DNA from: Octopus sinensis
Taxonomy: Eukaryota
Assembly (NCBI RefSeq): GCF_006345805.1
Contig: NC_043002.1
Location: 36,022,001-36,086,000 of the forward strand
Reading direction: 5' to 3'
Length of the DNA stretch: 64,000 bases
Made by a program: the position numbers and the translations under genes. Positions 13,001 to 25,388 of the stretch are shown one piece after another. The notes under the pieces are model-generated. The model was not told the DNA's origin. It worked only from the letters and a program-made list of their open reading frames with translations, and did not search any database. Numbering within the stretch: the first letter of the stretch is position 1; every line of letters starts with the position of its first letter.

Positions 13001-16000
13001 GGTTGTTTTGAATTTCTACTTCAGAAACAGAAAATCAAACAGGGACATTACCCTTACATCAATTATTTGATTTCATTCAAATGTAGCCCTCTGAAAGTAA
13101 TATAACTAATTCAATGCACTAGTATTCTCTTGTCATGAGAAACTCTTCTTCCTTTTTGCAACCATGTTGCTGTTGTTCTGATTTCCCTGATTCAAGGATT
13201 CATGCTTGCTGCATGCAAAATATACAATTTATCAATGAGTTATTTTGCCATCCTTCATAAAGATGTAAGCTGTGGTTTTAACAGGCAATGATATAAATTT
13301 TAACAACTTTTGTGAATAGCCCAGATAATAAAATTAAGATTTCAAGCGTTGTAATGAATAGTTGACATCATTTGAGAATTCATCTGAGAAGATAATGATT
13401 TTAAAGGTCTTTACCAGCATAAGACCTTTCTTCCTCTATTTACGTTGTTTGTTATCAATTAATTCCATGTTGTATCTATTAAGGAATAAAAGAATGTTTA
13501 CACAATCTTTCTTTGGAAACTTTTTAATAATAACCTTCTGTGTATCCAATCCACAGCAGTTAGATAGACTCTAATGGAATTACCAAGAAACAAGAAAAAG
13601 ATGACAAAATACCAAACAGTGATAAAACTAATTTTTAAAAAATATCTTATTAATATTTTCACCACTATCATCATTATTATTGTTGTTGTTATTATATTAT
13701 TCAAAATATTTGCATACATACATATTTATTTATGTATATATATAATTGGTCAGTTGTTCATAAGTTCGTGAAAAGGTACACTCAAAAAAGTATTTTTGAG
13801 CAGTAATATTTAATGTAGTAATTGGTTATAGCCGGTCAGAAAGTTACCGTTGGTTTCATGTCTATTTTTGCTCTTAGCAATATAGGCGACTTATCAGACC
13901 TGCTGGCCAGAGACCAGACCAGCTACAACCAAAGACTACATAAAATATAATATGATACAATATATTTTAATATATATATATTTGTAATGTTCTATAACCA
14001 TGTTAGATTTGATGGTTTCTAAGAATTTTCAAGTAAGCACAGTCAAAAGTTAAGTTAATTTTTATGGTTAGTACTGAGTGGTGAAATCATCAAGTTTGAT
14101 TTCCATACAAAAATATTTCAAAAAGACAAGCTTTTCTTGGTGCATACACACCATATATACATTTGCAGTTGTGTTTCTAGACTGTATCATGTTTCATATG
14201 AGCCAGATCTTTCAGTACAATTATAAGGAGCTGTTATGAATGTATACATATATATATGCACTCCATGCATACATTTGCACTGAGTAGAGCAAACAGTGCC
14301 TTTTTGTTGCTTTCTTTTATGCTTATCAGTTATTAATCTTCCAACAGTAAACAGCTTTTATGTCTTTGATTCCAACATCAATGTAATTATATAATTCCGG
14401 TAGTTATTTTAATTAAATTATTCTCACACCAGGCTTGAAGAAGACCTCACAAATGCTTGGAAAATCAATGCTTATTGAATTTGAATTATCTAATTATTAA
14501 AAAGGAAATTCATATAAGTGATAATTATTGGTGACAATTTTGCATTACTCACAAGCATACCACATGCAACTTATATTATTGATAATATGATCTAGAGCCA
14601 CAAATTCTTCATTTAGGAAATATTACCAACTTCAAAGAATTTTTCTGTTCTATATATGTCTTTTTTTACTTATCTTTTATTTATATACTTTTCAAAAAAT
14701 TTATTTGTTTATGAGTTGGGATATATATATATATATATACATACACGCACACATACATATGCACACACTGAGGTTTACACTGCAGAACATTCTTTTCATT
14801 AGCTGTCAGATGGAGATGACACTATCTTTCTTGCCAGTTGTGCTGAGCAGCATTGATGCTACCAGGGAATGTCAGATTCTTTTCCCCCAATATAATATAT
14901 ATATATTGAAATATATAATAAATATGTATGTAAGCAAACAGTAGTACTGAAGAATAAAATAAATGGAGTCAAGCAGAAATTGGTTAAAACCAAAGCACTG
15001 TATGATCAGGCTATGTAATTATTTTGTGAAGTTTCAGTATGCTTTAGAAACTTTATATATTAATGTATTGAAAAGACAGGCAAGAGGCTACAGTATTAGA
15101 CTATTTGCTCCTGGTACATGAGTTTGAGTCACTGCTGATGTGCTACTGAGCAGAATCCTTTATTTTTCCATTATATTAGTTCACTTATCTCCCAACAATG
15201 AGTACCAGATTGCAGTCAGAAACACTTTATACTTATCCTGTTCTAGCCTTGGGCTAGCAATGTGTGGATGCCACCTAGCTAACCAGGCTTTATGATTGTT
15301 CCCTATATAACTGCATCAGAGTGAAGATGCATCCTCTTCCATGTTGTTCAGTTAATTAACTGTAGAACTAATGTTTTTATTGTATGCCGACTAATTAATT
15401 TGTTAACAAGTTAAGATTTTGTTTTCTAAGAAGGAAACATTTACATAATAAATAATAAATAAGCATGTGTAAACTAAAATGGGACAGAATACAGAAGAAA
15501 AAAACAGAAAGAGTGCAGAGAGCCATCTATTCATGTACATGCTTATATCAATGCATGCACACACACTGATTTATAATTTAGAAAAATATTTAACTCTATT
15601 GAAGAATTATTATTTCTCTTGTAATTAAAGATTATTAATAAAAGAAAAGACTATTATTTTTATTTTTTATTAATCTCTATTTTATATTCTTGTTAATGTT
15701 TTTTTTTACCTCTATTCTCTGTATTACCCTGAAAATCTTACTAACTTTATCATCATTTACAGCTTAATATTTGATTACAGGAGGAGAGAGAGAGAGAGAG
15801 ACATTCTATGGGAATATGGCATTGTCTTAGGAATATATTCATTGAATTGTTAAATCAAGATTAATAATAATAATGATTTCTTACCAAGGCACAAAGCTAG
15901 AAATTTTGGGATGAAGGAACAGTCAATTTTATTCTACCTCAGTACTTGACTGGTACTTATTTTAGTGAGTGATGAAAGGCACAGTCAACCTCAAAGAGAT

Positions 16001-16341
16001 TTGAACTCAGACCATAAAGAGCTGTAACTAAATACTGAAAGGCATTTTCTGCCAACCCACCAACCAATGATAAATTTATAAATATATATATTGTTGATGT
16101 TCATACTTTATCCTGTGAACTTGTCTTGAGGTAGTAGTAGTTGTTGTGGTGGTAGTGGGGGCAGGGTGGTGATGGTGGTAGTAGTAATGGTTTCAAATTG
16201 TTGCACAAGGCCAGCAATTTGGGAGTAGGTAGTTAATTCCATCACCCCTTGTACTTGACTAGTACTTAATTTTATTGACCCTGAAAGGATGTAAAAGCAT
16301 TTTCTCTGATACACTTATGATTTAATCAGCTTACTACCTTA

Positions 16342-16382
<41 letters not shown>

Positions 16383-16425
16383 AATGATAATAATTATTAT
16401 TAATAATAATAATAATAATAATAAT

Positions 16426-16646
16426 ACTTGGGGACAATATCAGAAGGCATCAAGGACTATAAAGAAGACCAGAATAGAGTGCCCAGTAAAATTGTTACAA
16501 AAGGTTTGCCTCCTTGGCACAGCCAGAATAATCAGGAAAGTATTAGGTAGTTGAAAAGAACAGATAGCAAGGTACCTTAGGCTGCAGGCAGCAAGCCCGC
16601 TATACATGCAAGACTCCAGGAATTCCAGCAAAACCTGAGTTAAAAA
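16426..16646 (+). mobile_element. 5-prime-truncated R4/Dong-like (RLE-type) non-LTR retrotransposon 3-prime end in (TAA)n
   Basis: Translates ..TRIECPVKLLQKVCLLGTARIIRKVLGS* (stop 16552-54), followed by a short 3-prime UTR. (TAA)n lies on both sides. Confidence 0.75.
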
Positions 16647-17334
16647 TAATAATAATAATAATAATAATCCTTTCTATGATAGGGACAAGGTCTGAAATTT
16701 GGGGGAGGAAGCAGTCAATTACATCAACCCCAATGTTCCACTTCTACTTAATTTATCAACCCAGAAAGGGCGAAAGGCAAAGTTGACCTCAGCAGAATTT
16801 TAATTGGGATCGTAAAGACAGATGAAAAGCTGCTAAGCATTTACCCAGCATGCTATCAGTTCTGCCAGTTCGCCGCCTTGCTAACAATTTTGCCAGCTCA
16901 GTAATAATAATAATAATAATGATAATAATGGTTTCAAATTTGAAGATTATGGGATTAGCCAATTACATCAACCTCACTACTTAAATGTTCTCTTATTTTA
17001 TTGAGTGTGAAAAGATGAAAGGCAAAGTTGGTTTTGACAGGATTTGAACTAAGAATGTTAAAGATCCAGAAGAAATGCCTGCTGCTAAGCATTTTGTCCA
17101 ACACACTAATGGTTTTGCTAGCTTGCCACATTTGAATTTTGGTACTAGGCTAGCATTGTTAGGATTTGTCAATTTCATAGACCCCAGTACTCAACTGCCA
17201 CTTTTTTTATCAACCCCAAAAGGATGAAAGGCAAAGTAAACCTCAGTGGCATTTGAACTCAAAATGGAAAGAACCGAAAGATATACTGCTAAACATCTTG
17301 TCTGTTGTGCTAACAATTCTACTAGCTTACCACC

Positions 17335-17372
<38 letters not shown>

Positions 17373-17561
17373 CCTTTCTACTATAGGCACAAGGCATGAA
17401 GTTTGTGGGGAGGGACTAAGTCAACTGGTACTCATTTCATCAGTCCCGAAAGGATGAAAGACAAAGTCGACTTGGGTGGGATTTGAACTCAGAACATAAA
17501 GATGGACAAAAACCCCTAAGCATTTTGCCTGGTGTGCTAACAATTCTGCCAGCTCACCACC

Positions 17562-17593
<32 letters not shown>

Positions 17594-18000
17594 CTCGGCG
17601 AAAGAGTTTGACAAGCTCAGAAAATATAAAGACCTGCTCATTGAAATTGAGAAAATGTGGCATCTCAAGGCGGTCACAATACCAGTGATCGTAGGAGCAC
17701 TAGGAATGATCAAGAAGGGAACCGAAAATTATATGAGAATGATCCCTGGCTTACCATCCCTGCAAGAAGTGCAAAAGATTGTCTTAACTGGTACATCACA
17801 CGTATTGAGAAGAGCATTGTCGCTGTGAGAGCTGTTACTGCCCATGTATTTTAATTTAACCTTAAAAAAAAAAAAAAATGAACGAACTATTGAGTTTGGT
17901 TTAATGGCCTACCAATGTATACTATGAGTTTCTTTGCCCTAGGAGTCGGGAAGACGCTCGGCAAGAAATGGAAGCAAATTTGAAAGAAGAAAAAAAAAAA
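17594..18000 (+). mobile_element. Second, different R4/Dong-like 3-prime end with intact ORF tail, inserted in (TAA)n
   Basis: Frame 17592-17828: ISAKEFDKLRKYKDLLIEIEKMWHLKAVTIPVIVGALGMIKKGTENYMRMIPGLPSLQEVQKIVLTGTSHVLRRALSL*. This matches the recalled K..KY.DL / IPV.VGALG / QK..L.GT..LRR RLE C-terminus. It is missing from the ORF track because the ATG-started part is only about 57 aa. Confidence 0.85.
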
Positions 18001-18114
18001 TAATAATAATAATAATAATAATAATTCTTTCTACTATGAGCACAAGACCTGAAATTTAAGGGACGAGGCTAGCCAGTTTCAAAGACCTCAGTGCCTAACT
18101 GGTACTTACTGGTC

Positions 18115-18570
18115 TGGCTTAAAAAATCTGTCTTGCTATTCTTTCCTGAGTCCATAGTATTGAAGCTGAGATCTCTTAATGCTGAGAAGTAACAGCTTGA
18201 CCTAGAGGGACTACCTTATCTCTAAGTTATGCATCTTGTTGAGTAACATTACTCCTGAGATCTTTCAGAAGAACCCCATTTTGGCTGCTTGTATTTGGAA
18301 TTGCATTCTTTTGGTCATTGCCCAACTTTCTGTCTATACTATCTTCAATATGATTATAATTCTAAATACCAGTCTCCTCAACAGTGTAATAATGGATGGA
18401 AGATTTTAGATGACATTGTTCATTAGTCCCATTCTCTTCTTAGTCTGTTCAGATGACTGAACTCTTTATCATGAAACACTAAAATCAAGATTAGTTTCAA
18501 AGAGTATTTCTCATCTCAAGTTAGACACCAGCAACAGTAACCTCACCCAGGTTTTCTAACTCTCCATCCC
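18115..18570 (-). mobile_element. Degenerate RTE-clade LINE C-terminal fragment
   Basis: Minus translation ESWAMTKRMQFQIQAAKMGFF*KISGVMLLNKMHNLEIR*SL*VKLLLLSIKRSQLQYYG. Confidence 0.75.
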
Positions 18571-19986
18571 TCTTTTAAGGGTTATGGTTCTATTTTCCCT
18601 TTTAAGAATATGATTGTTATCACTTCTTTTCAGACTGACAAATGGGAAGTAGTGACTTTTAGTGGCACAATTTACTCTTAAATTTAATCTGAGAATTTTT
18701 TTTCTGTGAGAGCGTGTAGTAATTGTTTTAGATTTCAGCTTTCAAAGATTATTTTATTTTTTTATTTTTTATTAGTTCAGTATCACCTTGACAAATATTA
18801 TGACCCTTTTAGGGTCAAAAGTCATAAGATTAATAACAATGTCTATGTCAGATTTCATTATTATGATTTCCATCCGGGTTACAAAATATTGCTGATGATG
18901 GACAACTTGGCTATACCCCCATTGTCCTGAGTTCAAATCCTACAAAGGTTGTCTTGTTCTTTGGAGAAGATAAAATAAATATCATTTAGATGTTGATATC
19001 CTTTGCAATCATTAGTACTCCTTCTCCAAGGATACCTTCAGAAAATATCACCTCCCATAGCCTTAGTTTAAAAAAGCCTTTTGAGTGAAATTTGGTGGAT
19101 TAAAACTGTATAATATCCTGTACATCTTTTAGTTATCTCTATCTGTATTTTCAGTTCAAATCCTATAAATGTTAACTTTTGTCTTTCTACTCTTCAAGAG
19201 TCATTACATTAAATTAACTACCAATTAATCATAATAGGTTGGCTCCTGAGGGGAACAGCGTGTTAAGATAAAACTTTGCTTGGTTCAAATCTTGCACAGA
19301 TTGAATGTGTCCTTCATCATTTTGAAATCAGTAATTATATATAGCAATGATTTACTGATGCATATTTAGTCAACTATATTTTCTTTAAAAAAAAAACACG
19401 CCTAAGTGTCTGGTAATGAACAAACAAATCGATTGGTGTATTTGTGCAATGTATATGTGTGTGTGTATACTTTATCTTTTAAATTAATTCATTTTAATCT
19501 ATTAACACACTTCATAATTGTTACCTTAATTAGAAATTTCAGTTATTGTGATTAAATCAAAATAATTATTGATTATGTAGTAGGAAATATTATATAGTAG
19601 GAATTCTTTCCTTGTATATGTATATGAAAACAGTCAGTGAATTCACTCTATCATTACTTGGAGTTTCACTCAGGCACACAGGTGAGGTATGTGGCTGCAA
19701 TCTTTCAGGCCATGTTGTATAATTCCTGAATATCATCTGAAGGATTGCAGCTTATAACACACCTGTTCCTGTATAACTGTATGACACTTAGTAGCAATGA
19801 AATTAATTCTCTGGCTATTTTCCAATAAATGCATATTTCAGTTCATGTATTTAGTGCTCTTTTAGCTGTTTGTATACATAAATGTTTATATATATATATA
19901 TATATATAAATATATAGAAAGATGTATATATATATATATATATATAAATATATGTATGTATTTTATTTCTCTCCATTATCTTGTAG

Positions 19987-20224
19987 GGTTTCTTCAGTAC
20001 CATCAGTCCTTAAACATGAGACGTCGCCGAAAGTTAATGCAGGGTCACGACCCCAGCGCAAGTCCAAAGAACACAGTTTGAGCACACAGTTTCCACCTAA
20101 ATCACATGGCTTTGAGTTGCTTATTCTTGAACAGCCAGAAGAGCAGCACCGAGCTAGATACATGACTGAGGGTAGCCGTGGAGCAGTGAAAGATCGATCA
20201 CAGCAAGGCCACCCAGTTGTTCAG
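19987..20224 (+). CDS. NFAT5: NFAT5-like exon C: basic RPQRKSK segment and RHD start ([46 protein letters not shown])
   Basis: ttgtag| ... CAG|gtaacc; NFAT DNA-recognition loop. Confidence 0.96.
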
Positions 20225-20311
20225 GTAACCATAGTTAATACTATATTACTTATCATTGTGCTCTGCCCCAGTTTTGCTAACACATTGCATGATGTATTCT
20301 ACATACATTAA

Positions 20312-20531
20312 CCCTTTCATTACCAACCCGGCTGAAACCGGCTCTTGCTTTGAGTACAAATGTCTTGTTTTCATAAATTTTGAATTAAAATCTTCCACCA
20401 AACCTTAGTCCCAATTTATGTTCCTAACATTAGTTCAATGATAACTAAGTTATTTTACTAAATTCTTTGTTATATTTAAAGTAATTGAAAGAAACACAGA
20501 ACATCTCAAAATAAATATGGTAACAAAAGGG
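20312..20531. mobile_element. piggyBac-type MITE (220 bp)
   Basis: TTAA|CCCTTTCATTACCA ... TGGTAACAAAAGGG|TTAA: TTAA TSD, CCC/GGG ends and a 14-bp TIR with 12/14 identity. Confidence 0.8.
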
Positions 20532-21248
20532 TTAAAATGTGAATTAAAGATTTTAAACTTTCTTACTTTCTTTGCCATTAGAGATGACATTGTAACTATA
20601 ATAGTTTCTAGTGTGTGTATAAAGTACAGCAATTGCTTGCAGCATGAATATGGCAGTGCTTCATATATTTATATGTAGAAGTGCTTAATGTTATACATCA
20701 TCAGGTACATATCTATATATGATTGTCTAAGAATCCATAAGTCAGAAATAATAGCCACTTTTATATTCATCAACAGAGTGGGTATATTAATCAAACTATA
20801 CAGTATTATAAATCCATTATAGCCAATCTTACCAATCATACCAGATATTAGGTATCTAGATGGTTATCTAACAACTGTGCTCATCAGAAATAGCAGGTGT
20901 GAACAAAATGGCAGCTTCTCTCTGTTATTGGAGGTGAGTAAGTCTCACATCCACTTTGTGACTACTGGTATTTGTCCTAGTCGAGAAATGTATTTTAAAT
21001 TTCTCATAGCTAAGAGGAGTCTTCCTTGATGAAGACTGTTTCTTAGCCATAGCATATTCACAGTACAAGATCCATGCGTTGCACCCAGCCCAGCCATTTT
21101 GAAGAGTTACACCATGCTGTAGATCTGATCAGAGTTGGCCACAATGGCACAAGAACAAACAGCAATAATGATATTGTACTTCTGTATTATTTATTTTTGC
21201 TATTCTTTTTAATACTTTTTATCTATTGCTATCTGATGAATTTTTCAG

Positions 21249-21439
21249 CTTGTCGGTCCAGTCCAATCTGCCATTCTTCAAGTTTTTGTTGGCACTGACA
21301 CGGGTAAAGTGAAGCCACATCCATTTTATCAAGCCTGCAAAGTCTCTGGCAAAAATTCAACACCATGTATTGAGAAGGATATTGACAGTACCACAACCAT
21401 TGAAATTGAACTCTCTTCTACAAATAACTTGATTGCCAG
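21249..21439 (+). CDS. NFAT5: NFAT5-like exon D: RHD (LVGPVQSAILQVFVGTDTGKVKPHPFYQACKVSGKNSTPCIEKDIDSTTTIEIELSSTNNLIA)
   Basis: tttttcag| ... AG|gtatga; strong match to recalled NFAT5 [31 protein letters not shown]. Confidence 0.96.
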
Positions 21440-21547
21440 GTATGAATGCATTATTATTTATTTGATTATCAGGGGGTGCAAGAGGACCAATTCTTCAATT
21501 CTGCCAGGAAATTGCAGTCAAGAGAAGAACTACCCAGAGCATGTTTT

Positions 21548-21699
21548 TCATTTGGTTACTTTCTATATACTTGTTATTTAATCACATTGCCTCTCTAATT
21601 CCTCCTGGCTTTGTAGAGCTTTCTCTTCTTTCTGAACTGTGCTCTTTTTTTTCCCCCCTTCCTCTTTTCTTTTTTCCATTTCTCTCTTTATTTTACTCT
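21548..21699 (+). repeat. Direct repeat copy 1 (about 150 bp)
   Basis: Near-identical to 22525-22673. Confidence 0.9.
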
Positions 21700-21863
21700 T
21701 AGAACCCTTCTGATAATCCTTGCTGTCCCTAAGAGACACACTTTCTGTAGGTGATCCACTGGGCATTCTATTTCAATCTCCTTCAGCCATTTGCTTACTG
21801 TTTCCAATGCACCAATTATTATAGACACAACCTTTACTATTCTCATGCTCCAATATTATTATT

Positions 21864-22250
21864 AAGGCAGTTAACTGGCAGAATCCGGACAAAATGTATA
21901 GCAGCATTTCATTCATGTTTTGAGTTCAAATGAAGCTGAGGTTAACTTTGCCTTTCATCCTTTTGGTGTCAATAAATTAAGTACCAGTCAAGCACTGGAG
22001 TCACTACAACTAACTACCCCCCCCTTGCTCAAAATTTCAGAACTTGTACTTTTAATAAGAAGGATTCCAGCGCACCAGGCAAAATGCTGCTAAGCATTTT
22101 GTTCTGAGTTCAAATTCTGCTGAGGCCAACTCTGCCTGTCATCCTTTTAGGGTCAATAAAATGAGTACCAGTTGAGCTCTGGGGGTCAATGTTATCAACT
22201 TACCTCCCCACCAAAAAATTGCTGGCTTTGTGCCAAAATTTGAAACTATT
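21864..22250 (+). mobile_element. Two tandem S1 SINE copies
   Basis: AAGGCAGTTAACTGGCAGAATC...GAGTTCAAATG...CTTTGCCTTTCATCC. The second copy starts at about 22065 and ends GTGCCAAAATTTGAAAC(TAT)n. Confidence 0.8.
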
Positions 22251-22524
22251 ATTATTATTATTATTTATTATCATCACCATCATTACCATCATTAAAATTA
22301 TAGTGTTTTTTAGTTTTGCAATGTATGTGTGCATGCATGCATGTATGTATGCGTGTGCACACACACACAGCCTTCTATTTCTTTTTATCAATCAAATCTG
22401 CCTCCACTGTTTCATTGCCCAACATCTTAACTATCACACACAAATCTCTCTCTCTCTCTCTCCCTCTTTCTCTCTCTCTCCCTCCCTCTCTCTCTCTCTC
22501 ACTCTCTCTATGCCATTCTTCCTA

Positions 22525-22673
22525 TCATTTGGTTACTTTCCATATACTTGTTATTTAATCACATTGCCTCTCTAATTCCTCCTGGCTATTGTAGAGCTTT
22601 ATCTTCTTTCTGAACTCTGCTCTTTTTCCCCCTTCCTCTTTTCTTTTTTCCATTTCTCTCTTTATTTTACTCT
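22525..22673 (+). repeat. Direct repeat copy 2 (about 150 bp)
   Basis: Near-identical to 21548-21699. Confidence 0.9.
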
Positions 22674-22965
22674 CAACGCTTGACAGATTGTCTTACAATC
22701 TATCTATTCCTACTCTGTCAATTTCCATCTATCCATTTTTCTAATCTATATATAACACACACACAAACAAACACACATACATTTTTTTTCAAATCTCTTT
22801 GTTCTTGCTTTATTCTTTTTCTATGAATAAATGGATATGTATGTTAGAGACTGACTTGGGCTTTGGTTTCTATATTTAAAACAACTGATTTCAAACAACA
22901 CTTCCTTTCTTTTTCACTAATAAGTCTTTCCAATTATAATTGTAATCTTCTTTACTATTTGTCAG

Positions 22966-23138
22966 TATTGATTGCGTTGGAATTTTGAAGTTGAGAAATG
23001 CTGATGTCGAACAAAGAATTGGTGTGGCTAAGACTAAGAAGCGAAGTACTCGCGCTCGAATGATATTCAGAACAATCTTTACAAGATCTGATGGTGTGCA
23101 ACAGATACTTCAAGTTACCTCTTCCCCTATTGTTTGCA
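22966..23138 (+). CDS. NFAT5: NFAT5-like exon E: RHD C-part (IDCVGILKLRNADVEQRIGVAKTKKRSTRARMIFRTIFTRSDGVQQILQVTSSPIVC)
   Basis: tttgtcag| ... A|gtaagt; conserved DCVGILKLRNADVE and STRAR motifs. Confidence 0.96.
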
Positions 23139-23969
23139 GTAAGTTTTTTTTTTTTTCTTTTACCATTCACAGAATCAAGTCTTTCTTTTTAGCTTGAAGG
23201 ACTCTAAGCTGTTTCCTTACCACCTGCTGCACTGATAGAGCTGGTTTGTAAATGATTCAAATCTCATTTAGTCATATCACTCTAGTTTCAATTTCTCTCT
23301 CTCTCCCCCTCTCCCTCTCTCCTCCCTCTCTCTCACTCATTCCTTTTTCTATGTTAAACATACTCCATCTCCCATGTCTCTATTATCTTGGTTTATTTTT
23401 CTGTGCCCGCCTCCTAATTACTCCTGTCTCGATGTGCCCCACCACTTCTGAAATCTCTTTTTACTACCTCTATCTTTCTCAATAGCTCTCTCAATACTCA
23501 CCTTCACATTTCTTTTCCATGCCAGCATGGAAGACAGATGTTAAACAATGATGATGATGACTCCTCTCTTCCTTTCTCAACACTCCATTCTTATATTTAG
23601 GCTAATCTGCAGGTTATATCAAAGCAACAAGTTCAGTTGACCAGAATACTTGCCTTGCAATATCAAAGACCTGACACAAGAGAACACACATCTGTATTTA
23701 ATGCACTGCTCTATATGGTATTCATGAACAAATTCTTGCTTATCAAGTAGACAATCATTTCTTGTTTGTAGGATTTTTAGTGTGTGTAGTGGTTTGTACA
23801 CTGCTTTAAGTGTATTTTTATTACTGTTATATTAGGAGTAATGTTTGTTTGTTATAGAGTCATCAGATCCCAAATCTTTTAAATATGTTAAATAAAAGGT
23901 AAATGTTTGAAAATCAACCAAGCATTTGCAACCTTTATTATTCCTCTCTTTCTTTTACAACTACTTCAG

Positions 23970-24160
23970 CCCAACCAGTTGGACAGCCTGAAGTGTCACG
24001 ACTGAGTTTAACATCATGCACTGTGAAAGGTGGAAAAGACTTGTTTATAATTGGGAAGAATTTTATGAAAGGAACCAAGGTTTACTTTCGTGAAACAGTC
24101 GATGAAAGCAAAGTCATATGGGAGAAAGAGGCAGAAATAGAGAAAGATTATTTTCAACCT
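23970..24160 (+). CDS. NFAT5: NFAT5-like exon F: IPT/TIG N-part (QPVGQPEVSRLSLTSCTVKGGKDLFIIGKNFMKGTKVYFRETVDESKVIWEKEAEIEKDYFQP)
   Basis: cttcag| ... CCT|gtaagt; NFAT IPT motif IGKNFxKGTKV. Confidence 0.95.
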
Positions 24161-25289
24161 GTAAGTTTCTAATTTCAATTATATATTTATCTTCAAGTTT
24201 TAATTTTTGACTTTTAATATAATAATTTTTCATTCTGAATAACATATGCTTAACTTTTTATTTGTTTTACTATTTTACCTATATGTCTTGATAATAGAAT
24301 TTATAATCTATATAGAATTAATTTTTGGTATTGGAAATAGTATTAAGAATAATAATGACAACTGATTATAATTTTTGTTTTTAATTTTATTCTTTTTCCT
24401 TTTGGTTCTCTTTATGAAAAGGATTTCCAACATGTAATGTAAGTTCTTAGAAGATGAAACACCATTCTCATTTCCAGAACATTTTTATATATCTAAAGTG
24501 ATGTCCTATTTATTAGTATTTTGATCCTAAAGAACCCATTTTGAAACACTCGTGTAAAGATTTTAATAAGTACTGCAATCTAAAGAAATTTGTGCTCCAA
24601 TTGTTTACAATGATAAATGCTACCATATTCCCTCTTTGCAGCTAAGTATCTTGACTATAAACACACTGCAATTCCATGGACAGAGAAGTTAGCCCAACCC
24701 ATTAACTAGATGATCAGCTGTAGCTGATGTGCCTTGCATAAGGAACTTTAAAATTAAACATTTATATTATTTTATATTTTATTGGACAAGAATTAGTTAT
24801 ATAATTGTTTTTAAAGGAGACAGAATGTGTGTTTATGCATGTATACATACATACATGCATGGAAGTATGTATGTACGTATGTATGCATGTATGCATGCAC
24901 ACATGCATACACACACATTGTCTTCTTTTATCTTCATGTAATTTCCTTTGTGAATTTTTGTTTATAATGAAAATGTTAGCCATAGTGGTATATGAATTCC
25001 ACTTTCATACAATACATAGTCTACTCATCCTGACTTTTTTTATATAACATCGTCAGATTAGGAAGGATAGCATCTTCTCACCTTGGCCCTTGCAATAGGG
25101 CAGGATCACAATGGGGTTTGATTTTACCTTCACCATAACAGTTTGGTTGAATACAGTTGTTAGGTTTTGCAGTAGGTATTTATATTTCTACAATGCCACT
25201 TTTTGAGATGGTGTATTTCTTGTTCAGTAGCATTGTTATTGGAGCAGACAGTTTTAGTCTGATGATGTTTGTGTGTGTGTGTGTGTGTC

Positions 25290-25347
<58 letters not shown>

Positions 25348-25388
25348 CAGATAGTTTTAGTCTGATAATGTCTGTATATATATATATA

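Larger units (their letters stand above)
15862..18112 (-). mobile_element. Array of about 7 co-oriented S1 SINE copies separated by (TAA)n/(TGA)n
   Basis: Copies at about 15877-16061, 16187-16340, 16668-16879, 16930-17133, 17134-17336, 17371-17563 and 18024-18112. Most show GATGAAAGGCAAAGT, ATTTGAACTC and CTGCCAGCTC.CC.CCTT; the second and last copies are partial. Confidence 0.85.

Noticed and set aside
13878-13950. CpG-containing patch after ttttgctcttag or caatatag resembling an exon
   Set aside because: Both acceptors hit a stop within about 25 codons in the required phase, and there is no convincing donor or homology.
17657-17854. ORF-track protein MASQGGHN...
   Set aside because: Wrong-frame shadow of the R4/Dong-like RLE coding frame 17592-17828.
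15862-18112. Repeat-spacer periodicity resembling a CRISPR array
   Set aside because: The units are about 200-bp diverged SINEs separated by microsatellites, the context is eukaryotic and there are no cas genes.
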